Assembly: GCA_009914755.4 (NCBI GenBank)
Contig: CP068257.2
Location: forward strand, 42,080,001-42,144,000
Direction of reading: 5' to 3'
Source: the human T2T-CHM13v2.0 reference genome, Homo sapiens
Length of the DNA: 64,000 bases
In this document: piece after piece, positions 48,771 through 64,000 of the stretch
Position numbering within the stretch: the first letter of the stretch is position 1
How the letters are laid out: the number at the start of each line of letters is the position of its first letter
Position numbers and translations under genes: made by a program
Notes under the pieces: model-generated
Seen by the model: the letters and a program-made list of their open reading frames with translations, nothing else
The model's database searches: none
What the model was told of the DNA's origin: nothing

Positions 48771-49539
48771 GATTCAGAATTTCCTAACATCACTTTCAAA
48801 GCTCTGTGGACTCACTGGTAGATCCCTCCTTAGTCTTCACAGATCCCCCACGATCTGGACAGCCTGAACCCTGCAGCTGCAGTTCTGGCATACGCTGCCG
48901 GACGCCTCGGAGGCAAAGCGCAGCTCAGGACACCCTCAGGAACACGTTCACATCATGACCCCGGTGCACAGAGACTTTCACCCCCAGTCTTAGCTCTTAT
49001 CATGTATGATGCTCCCTCTTCTGTCCTATTTAACATAGAATCACAGTTGGGAAGGCACCGGACCAATTCCATGAATGGGAAGTAATCCCTGTTGAAAACT
49101 AGAAGGTGTTTTTAAAAACAGCCACGCTCTCCTAAGATACCTCCCTTTAGAAGCCCACGTGGCTCCATGGGAAGCCTCCCGCACCACAGGGCACTCAGTG
49201 AGGCTGCAGGCTATTCTGCACGTGCACGACACTGTGTGGCTGCCTCTCCGTACCAGAGCATAAAGTGCGTGAATGTATCTGAGATCTGGAGCCAGTTATG
49301 CTCTGGAATTGGATTTACTCACACTCTTTTATTTTATGGGAGAAACTGAAGCTTGGGGCCAGGACCTAAGAGTCAAAGCACCAACATGTAAAGAGTGGTG
49401 GTTAGGAACGCGGGCCGGAGTGGGCAGGTGTGAATCCTGGGTCCACCACCTGCTTGCTGTGTGAGCCAGGCAGTCTCTCCGCCCTCCATGCCCCCGAGGG
49501 GAAGGACCTGCCCGGGGTGGTTCAGACGAAGAAAAAAGT

Positions 49540-49813
49540 CTAAAACAAAGGAGGCAATCTGTAAGGATTTTAAAAATATATCTATTTTGAAAATATTCTG
49601 AAAGTAATTAAGATCACCTATTGGGAAGGAAAGAAATCAACACAATGAAATTTAGGAAGAGAAATGCAAAAGCAGCTGCAGAATCCTGCCCCTTCCACCC
49701 CAAGGGGCACAGCCCGGAGATGAAGCTTATTTTAGGATCACAAGTGCACGCTCTGGTAGACGGAGGATGACTTTGTCAGTCTTCTGGCTGAAGGGCCTTG
49801 TCCAAAGTCAGGA
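49540..49813 (-). other. CSTB: CSTB 3'UTR, 3' end approximate
   Basis: Sequence downstream of the stop on the minus strand. The end is placed from expected transcript length. No canonical AATAAA; AATAAG and AATATA-like signals are present. Confidence 0.5.
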
Positions 49814-49942
49814 TCAGAAATAGGTCAGCTCATCATGCTTGGCTTTGTTGGTCTGGTAGTTAGATAAGGTCAAGGGCTTGTTTTCATGAGGGAGAGATTG
49901 GAACACTCGCAGGTGTACGAAGTCCTCGTCGCCGACGTGCAC
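49814..49942 (-). CDS. CSTB: CSTB coding exon 3 ([42 protein letters not shown])
   Basis: Reverse-strand translation matches cystatin B residues 57-98 plus a TGA stop (tca at 49,814-49,816 on the plus strand). Acceptor cAG on the minus strand. Confidence 0.95.
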   Translation of the reverse strand: MHVGDEDFVHLRVFQSLPHENKPLTLSNYQTNKAKHDELTYF

Positions 49943-50269
49943 CTGGGAAGAGAGCGGAGTGAGCGAAGCCTCTGATCCCAAGTCACCTTGCTGCGCCCCT
50001 CCAGGTCATTAGCAGCCAGCTGAAGACAATCTTGTCTTCTCCTGCATGTGCAGGGGATGCCTCACATCCCACACTTGTTTCCTTGGGGTTCTTAGCTCCC
50101 CAGAAGCCCTAGTCCTCCTGAAAGGCCGATGGACACACACAGTAGGATGCTTATCTCAGGGGGCAGCCACAGGGCGCCCCAGCACCTAAGACCACACAGC
50201 CCGGGCCTGCACAGGCGGTTTCCTACCAGCACCCGTTCGGGGCAGGCCCTCCTGAGGCCCACACTCTAC

Positions 50270-50371
50270 CTTGATGAAGTAGTTTGTCCCCGCGACCACC
50301 TGGCTCTTGAATGACACGGCCTTAAACACAGGGAACTTCTTGTTTTCTTTCTCTTCAAGCTGGGACCTCAC
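50270..50371 (-). CDS. CSTB: CSTB coding exon 2 ([34 protein letters not shown]), 102 nt
   Basis: Matches cystatin B residues 23-56, including the QVVAG cystatin motif. Acceptor ctAG, donor GTAGAG on the minus strand. Confidence 0.95.
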
Positions 50372-50552
50372 CTAGACAGAAGGGACAGAATGAGGATGTC
50401 TCAGTGGCTTCTTGGATTCCCTCCTGCTAGAGTAACTTGCACGCATGTGAGCACACACACGATTCTGACACTGGCTCTTCACACAATTGTCTCTTACAAC
50501 TGAAGGGACATTTAAACTGTCAGCCTAATAATAAAGTAGAAAAAAACAGTTC

Positions 50553-50850
<298 letters not shown>

Positions 50851-51815
50851 CACAGGCCTCAGCATCGCCTGGACCTGTTCTTGCTTGGGGCATCCCGTCG
50901 GTCACCAACCATGACAGCGAGGCGGGCCTGGCCTGTGCTCCACCGGAGGGGGCTTCTTGCACAGATGACCTGCTCATTTCAGCCCCTCCAGAATCTTCTG
51001 GCAGGCGCAGAGCAACAGGACGTCCATTTTACAGACGAGGAAACCGAGACACAGGGAAGGTTGCCATCTGCAACCCAGCCCGGTTTTTATCTTGTTTTTC
51101 TGTGTTTTAACTTTTTATTTAGACTTACAGTTTGAAACAGTGCTAGAATCGGAAGCATGTAAAGAAACCTGTGGACCTTTTATGCAGATACACTTAAGTT
51201 TTTAACCCATGTGCCTTATCACTGGGGACCTCTTGCACTCTCTCTCATGATTTTTTTCCCGAACTAGATGAGGATATTGACAAAGATTCTTGCTTGGCCA
51301 AACTGTAGTCGGGCTCCTGAAGCGCCTAGGCCACCTGCGCACTTCCTTGTAAAATCCACTTTTAGCAAGAAGCCTGGCTAAGTCAGTTTAGCCAGACCCT
51401 TCCCACCCGCTTGCTATCGGATCACCGTGGAGATCGGAGCCGGCTGCTCACCTGCGCCATCGCCGGCGACGCCCGATCACCCTGCCTGCCTGAAACCAGA
51501 AGCGCCTCATCCCTGGGGTTTCCTCTCAGAGACTGTCCATGCAGGGACCGCACCCTGCTCCGGGCTATCAATTCCCACTCGCCCTTGCTGTATTCAGCGG
51601 AGCCCAATGTCTCCCCAGCGGCGCCCCAGGCGCGGCCCCCCGCTGCTCACTCGCGCGCAGCGCCCGAGCGGAGGGAGGCCTCTCACGGCCACAGCCCGGG
51701 CCAGCCCAGGGGTGCGCAGCGGGGCCAAAGCGGCTTCTTTCGCTCCAGGAGCCGCGGCCGCGCCCTGAGGCTAAGGCAGGACTCCGGGCCGGCCCCGTCC
51801 CCGCGGCCCACCCAC

Positions 51816-51881
51816 CTGGTCGGCGATGTGCTGGGTCTCGGCGGTGGCCGGCTGCGTGGCGGAGGGCGCCCCGCACATCAT
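51816..51881 (-). CDS. CSTB: CSTB coding exon 1 (MMCGAPSATQPATAETQHIADQ)
   Basis: ATG is the reverse complement of cat at 51,879-51,881. Donor GTGGGT on the minus strand. Confidence 0.95.
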
Positions 51882-51960
51882 CTTGGCGGCGACGGAGGGA
51901 ATCTGGCGAGGGGACTCGGCGAGGGGACGCGGCGGCTCCTCAGCCCAAGTAGGCGCTGGG

Positions 51961-51970
51961 GTCACGTGAC
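51961..51970. promoter_or_regulatory. CSTB: Perfect palindromic E-box GTCACGTGAC (CLEAR/USF-type) at the CSTB transcription start region
   Basis: Exact 10-bp palindrome about 80 bp upstream of the ATG. It is identical to the CLEAR-element consensus bound by TFEB/TFE3. Confidence 0.6.
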
Positions 51971-52055
51971 GCGCGGGCGGAACCAAGGGGCGGGGAGGAG
52001 GCACTTTGGCTTCGGAGTCCCCTGCGGGGTCGCGGTGGCCCCGCAAGAAGGGACG

Positions 52056-52091
52056 CGCGGGGCGGGGCGCGGGGCGGGGCGCGGGGCGGGG
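52056..52091 (-). repeat. CSTB: CSTB promoter dodecamer repeat (CCCCGCCCCGCG)x3, the EPM1 expansion site
   Basis: Three perfect 12-mers: cgcggggcgggg on the plus strand, CCCCGCCCCGCG on the CSTB strand. They start 175 bp upstream of the CSTB ATG, as described for this repeat. Confidence 0.9.
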
Positions 52092-52527
52092 AGCCTGGCC
52101 ACCACTCGCCGCAGGCTGGGTCTCCGCGCCCAGCGCTGGTGTCGGGAGGGAGCGCCCCCCTCCCGGGGCTGGTATCGTCTTTCCGGGCGCCGAGTCACAC
52201 GGACCGGGGCGGGGGCGCGGCCGGGTGTCGCCGGTGGGTTGGGCGCGCAGGGTGGGACGATAGGGAAGGGGCAGTCGGAGTAGGCGCAATCCTGCAGGGT
52301 GGCGGGGTCCGGGCCGCGCACGAGGGAGGGCGGGGCGCAGCGCTGCAGGGGTCAGGGGTCAGGGGTCCCGGCCCCGCGGGAGCAGGTGTGCGGGCTGCAG
52401 TGGACATCACCGCTTGTGACCGAGAACACTGAAGGCTGAAGGGGGTGGACAGAGGGGCCCAGGGAGGGGGAGACGGCGCCCACGCGCTCCAGGCTGGGTG
52501 GGGGCAGGGGGTAGATCAGAGGGATGA

Positions 52528-53482
<955 letters not shown>

Positions 53483-53612
53483 TAATTTTTTTAAAAAGTG
53501 TTTTTGTAGAGATGGAGTCTCACTATATTGCCCAGGCTGGTCTTGAACTCCTAGGCTAAAATCGATCCATCCCCCAAAGTGCTGGGATGACAGGCTTGAG
53601 CCACCACACAGT
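53483..53612 (-). mobile_element. Alu fragment (antisense)
   Basis: Reverse complement of the Alu 5' half. Confidence 0.75.
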
Positions 53613-54871
53613 CCCTTTGGTTTAGGGTTTCTGTTAGACTGGACCACCTGCGGAAGGGAAGGGTCGCTTGCCTTATTTGGGGTGGGGGTGGGGCCTGTGC
53701 TAGGCACCTGTTGGTGTGATTGACTCCTCAAAATGACCCAGAGCCCCCACCCAAGGGCTGTCCCTCAGGGGGACTGGTCCGCTCCTGCATGCAAGGCCCC
53801 AGCTGGAGCGGCCCATGAATGGGTTGTGGGGTCCTTTCTCTTACCTGCCAGGGCACAGCCTGGTCTGTCACTTCAGGGAAGGGCCCAAAGGGGTGGGCAG
53901 TCAGGTGTGGTTGAAGCCTGGGGGGAGCGGGGCAGAGCCCCCCATCATTGTTGAATGAGTGAAGGCAGAGTTGACCCCACGAAAATGGAAAACTCTTCTA
54001 TGTGGAAAGCAAAGCATCAGGGGAAAACATAGTCAAGAAGAGAAAGGGATGGTCCGCTGCTTGTACGGGTCCTGCAGCTCTGTTGGGCTTGTGCCGTGGA
54101 AGGTGTTGGCCTTGAGGCCTTTGGTCCTGAGGTGCCTCCTGGAGTCGGATCCTCACTCTCCTTGCTGGAGCTGGGTCCCAGGTGCCTCCGTTTTACAAAT
54201 AGGAGGATAACAGCTGTGGAAATAAAGCCCACGCAAATGAGAACAAAAGACGATTTATTCAGGACTTGCTGTACAAGGGAGTCGCCGTCCTCTCTTGTGT
54301 TGACCGAGATTCCTCAGCAGGCGGGGGCAGAGCCGGGGAAAAGCCTGGAATGGGAAGGGGAGGCTCAGGTGCACCTGAGGGAGGCTGTGGCCTGGGGAGA
54401 CGGAAGAGGGGCTCACTAGGAGTGTGACCGTGACAGGTCCGTTGCCTAGGGTGCAGGAAGTCAGCACACTGCCACCCAGGGTTTGCAGCAGACAGTTTGA
54501 ACCGCAAGGTTGTAACTGGGAGGAGACCTCAAATCCATCTCCCTGAGGAGTTTGGGGCTGGGAACTTTCAGGGGTTTGGAGTGGGCTGAGGGCGGGGGCT
54601 GCTGACCGGTGGAGAAGTGCAGGGTGAAGCAGGGTGGAGTCATGGGGTGGGGTTGAAGATGCTGTATTCTCATGCTGGTTCACTTCCTCTGTGGGGCTCT
54701 TCAAACTGGTTGGCCTGGAATTAAGGATCTGAAACGTCTTAAGGAATTCTTAAACAAAAGCCTCATGATTCTGAAGTCAGAGATTCCGTCCATAGGAACA
54801 GTAGGGGTGCAGATAGTCACTAGCGCTACGTGACTTTCAGTTAGAAGGAAGTGGGTTAAAGTGTAGCCTGA

Positions 54872-55290
<419 letters not shown>

Positions 55291-55809
55291 TAATAAATAT
55301 AATATATAATATATAATAAATGTACAGAACCTGGGCAGAAAGCTTCTGGCTAGCCGTGAAAGTTGAGGTTTGGCCTCTGGACAGTCGCTGTGGCTCAGAG
55401 TTCTCTTCCCATATTTGGTCTGGCTGTTTTCTGTTTGTGTGTTCATTGTCTCGCAATGTCAAAGCTGCCTTCGTGCTGCAGGTGTGGGTGCAAGCAGATG
55501 TTTTCAAACCATCTTGGAGGGCAGGTGCTGGAGCCCAGCTGCCTGAGTGTGGACCCAGCCCTTCTTCGCACCTGCTGTGTGGTGAAGGACTAATTGCTGA
55601 AACTCTCTGTGCCTCTCTCTGTGGGGATAATGCTAATAACCAATCTCAAATTTTTTTTTAAAGGACTAAGTGAATTAGTAATTAAGTACAAAAAGCTTGG
55701 GACAGTGTCTGAGCTCCAGGGTGAGTTGTCAGTATTGTTATTATTGGTATGCTAATCAAAGCCAACCTAGAATTTGTATTACTTTTCCAATCAAAAGCCC
55801 TGGAATTTT

Positions 55810-56068
55810 TTATTTTATTTATTTATTTTTTTGAGACATGGTCTGATTCTGTTGCCCACACTGGAGTTCGGTGGCACGATCACAGCTCACTGCAGCCTGA
55901 CCTCCCAGGCTCAAGCAATCTTCCCACCTCAGCCTCCTGAGTAGCTGGGGCCACAGGTGTGCACCACCATGCCTGGCTAATTTTTTTCATTTTTTGTAGA
56001 GCTGGAAGTCTCACTATGTTGCCCAGGCTAATCTTGAAATCCTGGGCCCAAGTGATCCTCCCACCTCT
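55810..56068 (-). mobile_element. Alu (antisense, truncated)
   Basis: Alu consensus in reverse complement. Confidence 0.85.
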
Positions 56069-56537
56069 GAAACCACCTTTGCAAAAATTGTATCCATGAG
56101 AAAATGGTGGCAGTGGGAGAGATCTGAACCAGCTGACCCGGCTCTGGCCTTTAGCTTTTAAGCTGCCTTGATTATTCCTGGGTTTAGGCTGAGCTAACTT
56201 TGGCAGACATTTAGTTTACAGTTTAGATGATACTGGCCCTTCCCCAAAACTCAACCACCTTTGCAAAGCTCATGAGAGACTAGGCTAGGAGAAGGAGAGG
56301 AGCCTGGGTTCAGCTAAGGTGTAGACAAACAATTGCCAGCCATTATTCTGGAGGTCACAGGACAGCAACCTCCCCAGTTAGTCCTGCAGTTAATGTCGCT
56401 ATTGTAGACTGGCCTTTTGAGATACTTTTGCAGGTTTTGGGCATGTCTGACACCCATGGCTCTACCTGGACCCACTGACCATGGCTCCTGTGGCCCCTCC
56501 CAGAAGCAACTCAGTGCAAAAGGACATCTTCCCATGA

Positions 56538-57004
<467 letters not shown>

Positions 57005-57274
57005 AATTAACTTTCTTTTCTTCAGTGCCGTGGCCTTTGTACAGCAGGCAGGAAGAACCTGTTGGGCGGTCCCACCTTGGCCTCCCAAAGTGCTGGGATT
57101 ACAGGCATGAGCCATCACGCCCAACCATGCTGACTTTTACCTCCCATTCTTTGATGCCAGAGTTTTTCATTTACTGAAGGCAAGGGGACAAGACCAAATA
57201 CCTTGTCTCCCCACTTAGAGAATGAGAAAGAAAAAAATTATGAATATTTCTTATCTGAGGAAAATGAACCCTTT

Positions 57275-57566
57275 TTTTTTTTGAGATGGAGTCTCGCTCT
57301 TGTCACCAGGCTGGAGTGCAGTGGTGCGATCTTGGCTCACTGCAAGCTCCTCCTCCTGGGTTGACACCATTCTTCTGCTTCAGCCTCCCAAGTAGCTGAG
57401 ACTACAGGCACCCGCCACCATGCCCGGCTAATTTTTTTTGTATTTTTAGTAGAGACAGGGTTTCACCATGTTGGCCAGAATGGTCTCGATCTCCTGACCT
57501 CGGGATCTGCCTGCCTTGGCCTCCCAAAGTGCTGGGATTACAGGAGTGAGCCACCAGGCCCGGCTG
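57275..57566 (-). mobile_element. Alu (antisense)
   Basis: Alu consensus in reverse complement. Confidence 0.9.
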
Positions 57567-57852
57567 AAAGCGAACCCTTTTAAGTTATCAGGCCCAGAGA
57601 GAAATTAAAATGAGACAGTAATCACATGCTGTTTCTCCTAGAGCTGTGTCACCATCTCTGGAGACTGCTTCCTCTCACCACAAGTAGCTGTAAGTGAACC
57701 TAAGGATGCTGCACACAGGACACCGTAATCCCATACAATGTATAGCCAATCACTAATCAATATTATTTCTGTAAACCAATGAGAATTCCTGATAGACAAT
57801 TTTGTATCAGCCTGCTCCTTGTCCCCCTTTTGTCTTTAAAAACCTGCTTGTC

Positions 57853-58177
<325 letters not shown>

Positions 58178-59514
58178 TCACGAAGGTCAAAAGCAGCTCT
58201 CACCAAGGCAATGTGGAAGTGTGTCTTGCTGTCCTCAACTTTAGCCCACGCACAGTCTCTACATCAATTCTGCCTCAGCTTCTTCCTTCAACAAGGAAGA
58301 AAGGAAGGAAGGACTGACAAGACCTGGGGGCACCTCAGAGACTTTGAACATCACTTACATTTGAAATCTGTATTCAGAAGAATCAAAGTTTGAAATCTAA
58401 ACTATTTCAGAATCTCACTTTTGAAATATTGGATTTCCCCAGGGTCAGTAGAACCCTAGTGTGTTTGATTGCTTGATTTTTCTTCCATGTGCCTTCTTCC
58501 TCAGCATGCTGATCAGGTTTCTTGGGGGTTTTTTTGGGCTTCCTGTTAATACTCCTAAGCAGGTGACTCATACACCTGTTCCTGGTTCCAATCAGTTGTT
58601 TGTGTTTCCATTATGCAAGAGTTTCATCATGAGAATTTGTTGTTAATTAAATTCTAGACATCAGAGGGTCTCAGCCCAAGCAATAGGTGTTGGGGGCTGT
58701 GGGCACCAGGCGCTGCAGGGGGACTGTGGGCCCCATCCTGGCACCCTGTTCATGAACCTGCAGGTGATGCTGTGGGGAGCTCTGCCTGGTGCGAAAACTG
58801 CTGACGTGGTGGGCTAAGGCGGTCAAACCCCTCTGTTGCAGGATGTCCCAGTGGACCTCAGGTCCTTCCTGTTTGCTGAGCTTGTGTTTCAGCTGCCTTT
58901 CTTTCCCACTGCAAACCCTGCCTTCTTCCAAAAGCTGCCGGTAGATCCAAAGCCCTGCAGACTTCTACTCAGGTTGCGACATGGCAACGTGAATGCCAGT
59001 ACTCTCCACATTTCTATTTGAGGATTTCGCAAAAGCTAGTGGCTTCCAAGGACAAAGGCCTGAGACCGTGCACGAACCATTCACCCTTGCATCTGGCTGT
59101 GCACCTTACTCACACGTCCCTTTCATATGTCTGCGTTGGCTGTTGAAGAGCTCCTACTGCAAGTATGCAAGTGTGGGGAGAAAAGAAAGAAAATGAGGGA
59201 AACAACCAGTGAGCCTGGGAGGGAGGCCCGCGGGGCACTTGCCTGTGGGACCCAATACGAGGAAAACCGCTCAGAACCCAGGTCTTCAGCAGCATTCGAA
59301 ACACACAAGGGCAAGATGGTGGCAGGAGTGTCATTAAACTCTCATCCTGCACGGGCACTGGGACGGACAGATCAGTCAGCGGTGGGTGTGCAGTGCGCTG
59401 TGGGCTATGTCATAGGGATGTGGTACCCAGCACATCAGTGTGTGACCAGGTCTTGCTGTAGGATGACTGAGCAGGACCACAACAGAAACTGGATGAGCTT
59501 CTAAGAGCATGGCC

Positions 59515-60075
59515 TGCTTGACACTGTTACAGGAAAGGGGTCCCGATCCGGACCCCAAGAGAGGGTTCTTGGATCTCTCACAAGAAAGAATTCAGCGCAA
59601 GTCCGCAGAGAAAAGTGAAAGCAAGTTTATTAAGAAAGTAGAGGAATAAGAGAATGACTATTCCATAGAGCAGCCCTGAGGACTGCTGGTTGCCCATTTT
59701 TATGGTTTTTTTTTGATGACATGCTAAACAAGGGGTGGATTATTCATGCCTCCCCTTTTTAGACCATATAGGGTAACTTCCTGATGTTGCCATGGTATCT
59801 GTAAACTGTCATGGTGCTGGTGGGAGTGTAGCAGTGAGGATGACCAGAGGCCACTCTTGTGGCCATCTTGGTTTTGGTGGGTTTTAGCCGGCTCCTTTAC
59901 TGCAACCTGTTTTATCAGCAAGGTCTTTATGGCCTGTAGTTTGTACTGACCTCCTATCTCATCCTGTGACTAAGAAGGCCTTAACCATCTGGGAATGCAG
60001 CCCAGTAGGTCTCAGCCTCATTTTACCCAGCTCCTATTCAAGATGGAGTCGCTCTGGTTCAAACACCTCTGAACA
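59515..60075. mobile_element. Unclassified LTR-like interspersed repeat
   Basis: Recognisable as a recurrent human repeat (tgtaaactgtcatggtgctggtgggagtgtagcagtgagga ... ctattcaagatggagtcgctctggttcaaac). Family not assigned. Confidence 0.4.
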
Positions 60076-60081
60076 TGTTCA

Positions 60082-60835
<754 letters not shown>

Positions 60836-61040
60836 CATCTCTACAAAAAATAAAAAATTAGCTAGCTGAGGTGATGCACACCTGTGGTCCCAGCTATTCA
60901 GAAGGCTGGGGTGGGAGGATCACTTGAGCCCTGGAGGTCGAGGCTGCAGTGAGCTGTGATTGCAACACTGCATTCCAGCCTGGGAGATAGAGTGAAACTC
61001 TGTCTCTTAAAAAAATAAATAAAATAAAATAAAATAAAAG
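60836..61040 (+). mobile_element. Alu 3' part (continuation of the Alu at 60,175-60,293)
   Basis: Alu right arm with an A-rich tail. Confidence 0.8.
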
Positions 61041-61232
61041 TAGTGGGACATTTCAGGCCGTTTAAAAATTTGAAATTTTGGTCTTTAATATTCATTAAAA
61101 ACCAGGTCATATTTTCTTGTCTCCACCTCTAGCCCGGGGGAAAAGAGAAAATACAGTGAAAAAGAGGTTTAAACTTAGTTTTCCTTAAGGCTGAGCCCTA
61201 GTGTGACTTTCAGTCAGAAATGGGTTATACTG

Positions 61233-61872
<640 letters not shown>

Positions 61873-62065
61873 CGAGAAGAGATTTTTTAAAAGCCACTTT
61901 ATTCGATTTCCAAATCTTAGTCTTCCATATCTTTAGAGACCACCTGCCATGTCCTTTCCGTCTGAAGCCTGGCATCTCGAGCCTGGTGTGAAGGTGTGCT
62001 CCCCAGTGCACAACTTCACCCTCCTAGTACAGCTTAGTCCCTCCCACCCTGTTCTCAGCAGCTGG

Positions 62066-63047
62066 GTGTGACATACCCGCTATGTGCCTGATATACCCAC
62101 TATGTGCGAGACATACCCACTGTGCACCTGACATACCCACTGTGAGCCTGACATGCCCATTGCATGCACGATACCACCCACTGTGTGCATGCGACATACC
62201 CACTGTGTGCAACATACCAACTGTTTGCATGACATACCCACTGTACACCTGACATGCCCATTGTGCGCCTGACATGCCCACTATGTGCGTGCAACATACC
62301 CACTGTGTGCGTGCGACATACCCATTGTGCGCACGACATACCCACTGTGCGCGCGACATGCCCACTGTGCACCTGACATGCCCGCTGTGTGCGTGCGACA
62401 TGCCCACTGTTTGCATGCGACATACCCACTGTGCACCTGACATACCCACTGTGCGCGCGACATACCCACTGTGTGAGTGCGACATACCCACTGTGCGCGT
62501 GAAATACCCATTGTGTGTGTGCGACATACCCACTGTGCGTGCGACACACCCACTGTGCGCATGACACACCCTGTGTGCGCGACATACCCACTGTGCGCCT
62601 GACATGCTCATTGTGCGCCTGACATGCCCACTGTGTGTGTGCGACATGCCCACTGTGCGCGTGACATGCCCACTGTGCGTCTGACATGCCCACTGTGTGC
62701 GTGCCACATACCCACTGTGCACCTGACATACCCACTGTGCGCGACATACCCACTGTGCATCTGACACGCCCATTGTGCGCGACACACCCACTGTGTGCGT
62801 GCAACATACCCACTGTGTGCCTGACACTGTGTGCATGCGACATACCCACTGTGTGCGAGACATACCCACTGTGCGCCTGACATGCCCATTGTGCACCTGA
62901 CATGCCCATTGCGTGCGTGCAACATACCCACTGTGTGCGTGCGACATACCCACTGTGCGCCTGACATGCCCACTGTGTGCGTGCAACATGCCCACTGTGC
63001 GTGACATACCCAGTGTGTGCGTGCGACATACCCACTGTGTGAGTGCA
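62066..63047. repeat. GC-rich minisatellite, ~21-23-bp units (gacatRcccactgtgYgcgtgc), about 45 copies
   Basis: Long imperfect tandem array. Every reading frame produces repetitive peptides, so the long ORFs here are artefacts. Confidence 0.9.
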
Positions 63048-63224
63048 GGGCCTCTTCTCATTCGTGCTTGTCCCCCGGAAAGTCATGTCCGCTGGAACCT
63101 CGGAATGTGGCCTTAATTTGGTAAACGGGTCTTTCCAGACATGGTTAGTTAACATGAGGTCATGCTAAATTAAGGCAGGCCTAAGTCCACACTGACTGAC
63201 GTCCTCATAAGAAGAGGAGAGGCT

Positions 63225-63816
<592 letters not shown>

Positions 63817-63911
63817 CTTTTCAACTTTTTATGAAAAATTTCATACATAGAAAATGTCAGAAGATAGGTCAATGAAGACCTGTATTCCTGCCTGTAGACG
63901 CCACACTTGTA

Positions 63912-64000
63912 TTTTTTTGAGACGGAGTCTCACTCTGTCACCCAGGCTGGGGTGCAGTGGCGCGATCTCGGCTCACTGCAAGCTCCGCCTCCGGGGTTCA
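63912..64000 (-). mobile_element. Alu (antisense), truncated by the window end
   Basis: Poly-T then gagacggagtctcactctgtcacccaggctgg. Confidence 0.85.

Larger units (their letters stand above)
51882..52200 (-). promoter_or_regulatory. CSTB: CSTB 5'UTR and proximal promoter, with GC boxes and the dodecamer repeat
   Basis: CpG-dense sequence immediately 5' of the ATG on the minus strand. It carries GGGGCGGGG Sp1-type boxes, a CACGTG E-box and the CCCCGCCCCGCG repeats. Confidence 0.8.
51400..52450. promoter_or_regulatory. CSTB: CpG island over CSTB exon 1 and promoter
   Basis: Very high GC content and CpG density judged by eye. No CpG depletion. Confidence 0.8.

Noticed and set aside
51411-52283. 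290-aa plus-strand ORF opposite CSTB exon 1 and promoter
   Set aside because: GC-rich CpG-island sequence lacks stop codons by composition. It is antisense to the real CSTB exon 1 and contains the dodecamer repeat. No evidence of a divergent coding gene.
51771-52289. 172-aa minus-strand ORF containing MMCGAPSATQPATAETQHIADQV
   Set aside because: Only the 22 codons from the ATG to the GT donor are CSTB exon 1. The remainder is read-through of the 5'UTR/promoter and intron 1.
62024-63155. 345- and 351-aa minus-strand ORFs (TVGMSHAHSGYVARTQW...)
   Set aside because: Translation of the ~22-bp GC-rich minisatellite. Periodic, not a gene.

Overview
This is human genomic DNA, dense in primate Alu elements, and it matches chromosome 21q22.3 around PDXK and CSTB. 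I recognise both genes from their protein sequences.

Plus strand: pyridoxal kinase (PDXK) coding exons 2-11 lie between 9,612 and 31,673, with canonical GT-AG boundaries and a TGA stop at 31,671-31,673. Exon 1 is upstream of the window, which begins inside PDXK intron 1. A long 3'UTR follows, with polyadenylation signals at 36,704 and 37,890.

Minus strand: the complete three-exon cystatin B (CSTB) coding sequence is present (51,881-51,816, 50,371-50,270, 49,942-49,814). Its CpG-island promoter carries three copies of the dodecamer CCCCGCCCCGCG, starting 175 bp upstream of the ATG. This is the repeat that expands in EPM1 (Unverricht-Lundborg disease).

The rest is non-coding. There are about 50 Alu copies, THE1/MST-type LTRs and two unclassified LTR-like elements. 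Several tandem repeats stand out: a G-rich 12/13-mer array in PDXK intron 2, a 50-bp array in intron 3, a perfect 5x32-bp array with CCAAT motifs in intron 9, and a ~1 kb GC-rich minisatellite upstream of CSTB. There are also multiple GT/CA Z-DNA-prone blocks. PDXK intron 8 has a ~0.9 kb diverged paralogue 14 kb downstream.

I see no prokaryotic-style or otherwise novel gene system. The noteworthy signals are regulatory and repeat-architecture features. All other long ORFs are translations of repeats or of GC-rich non-coding DNA.
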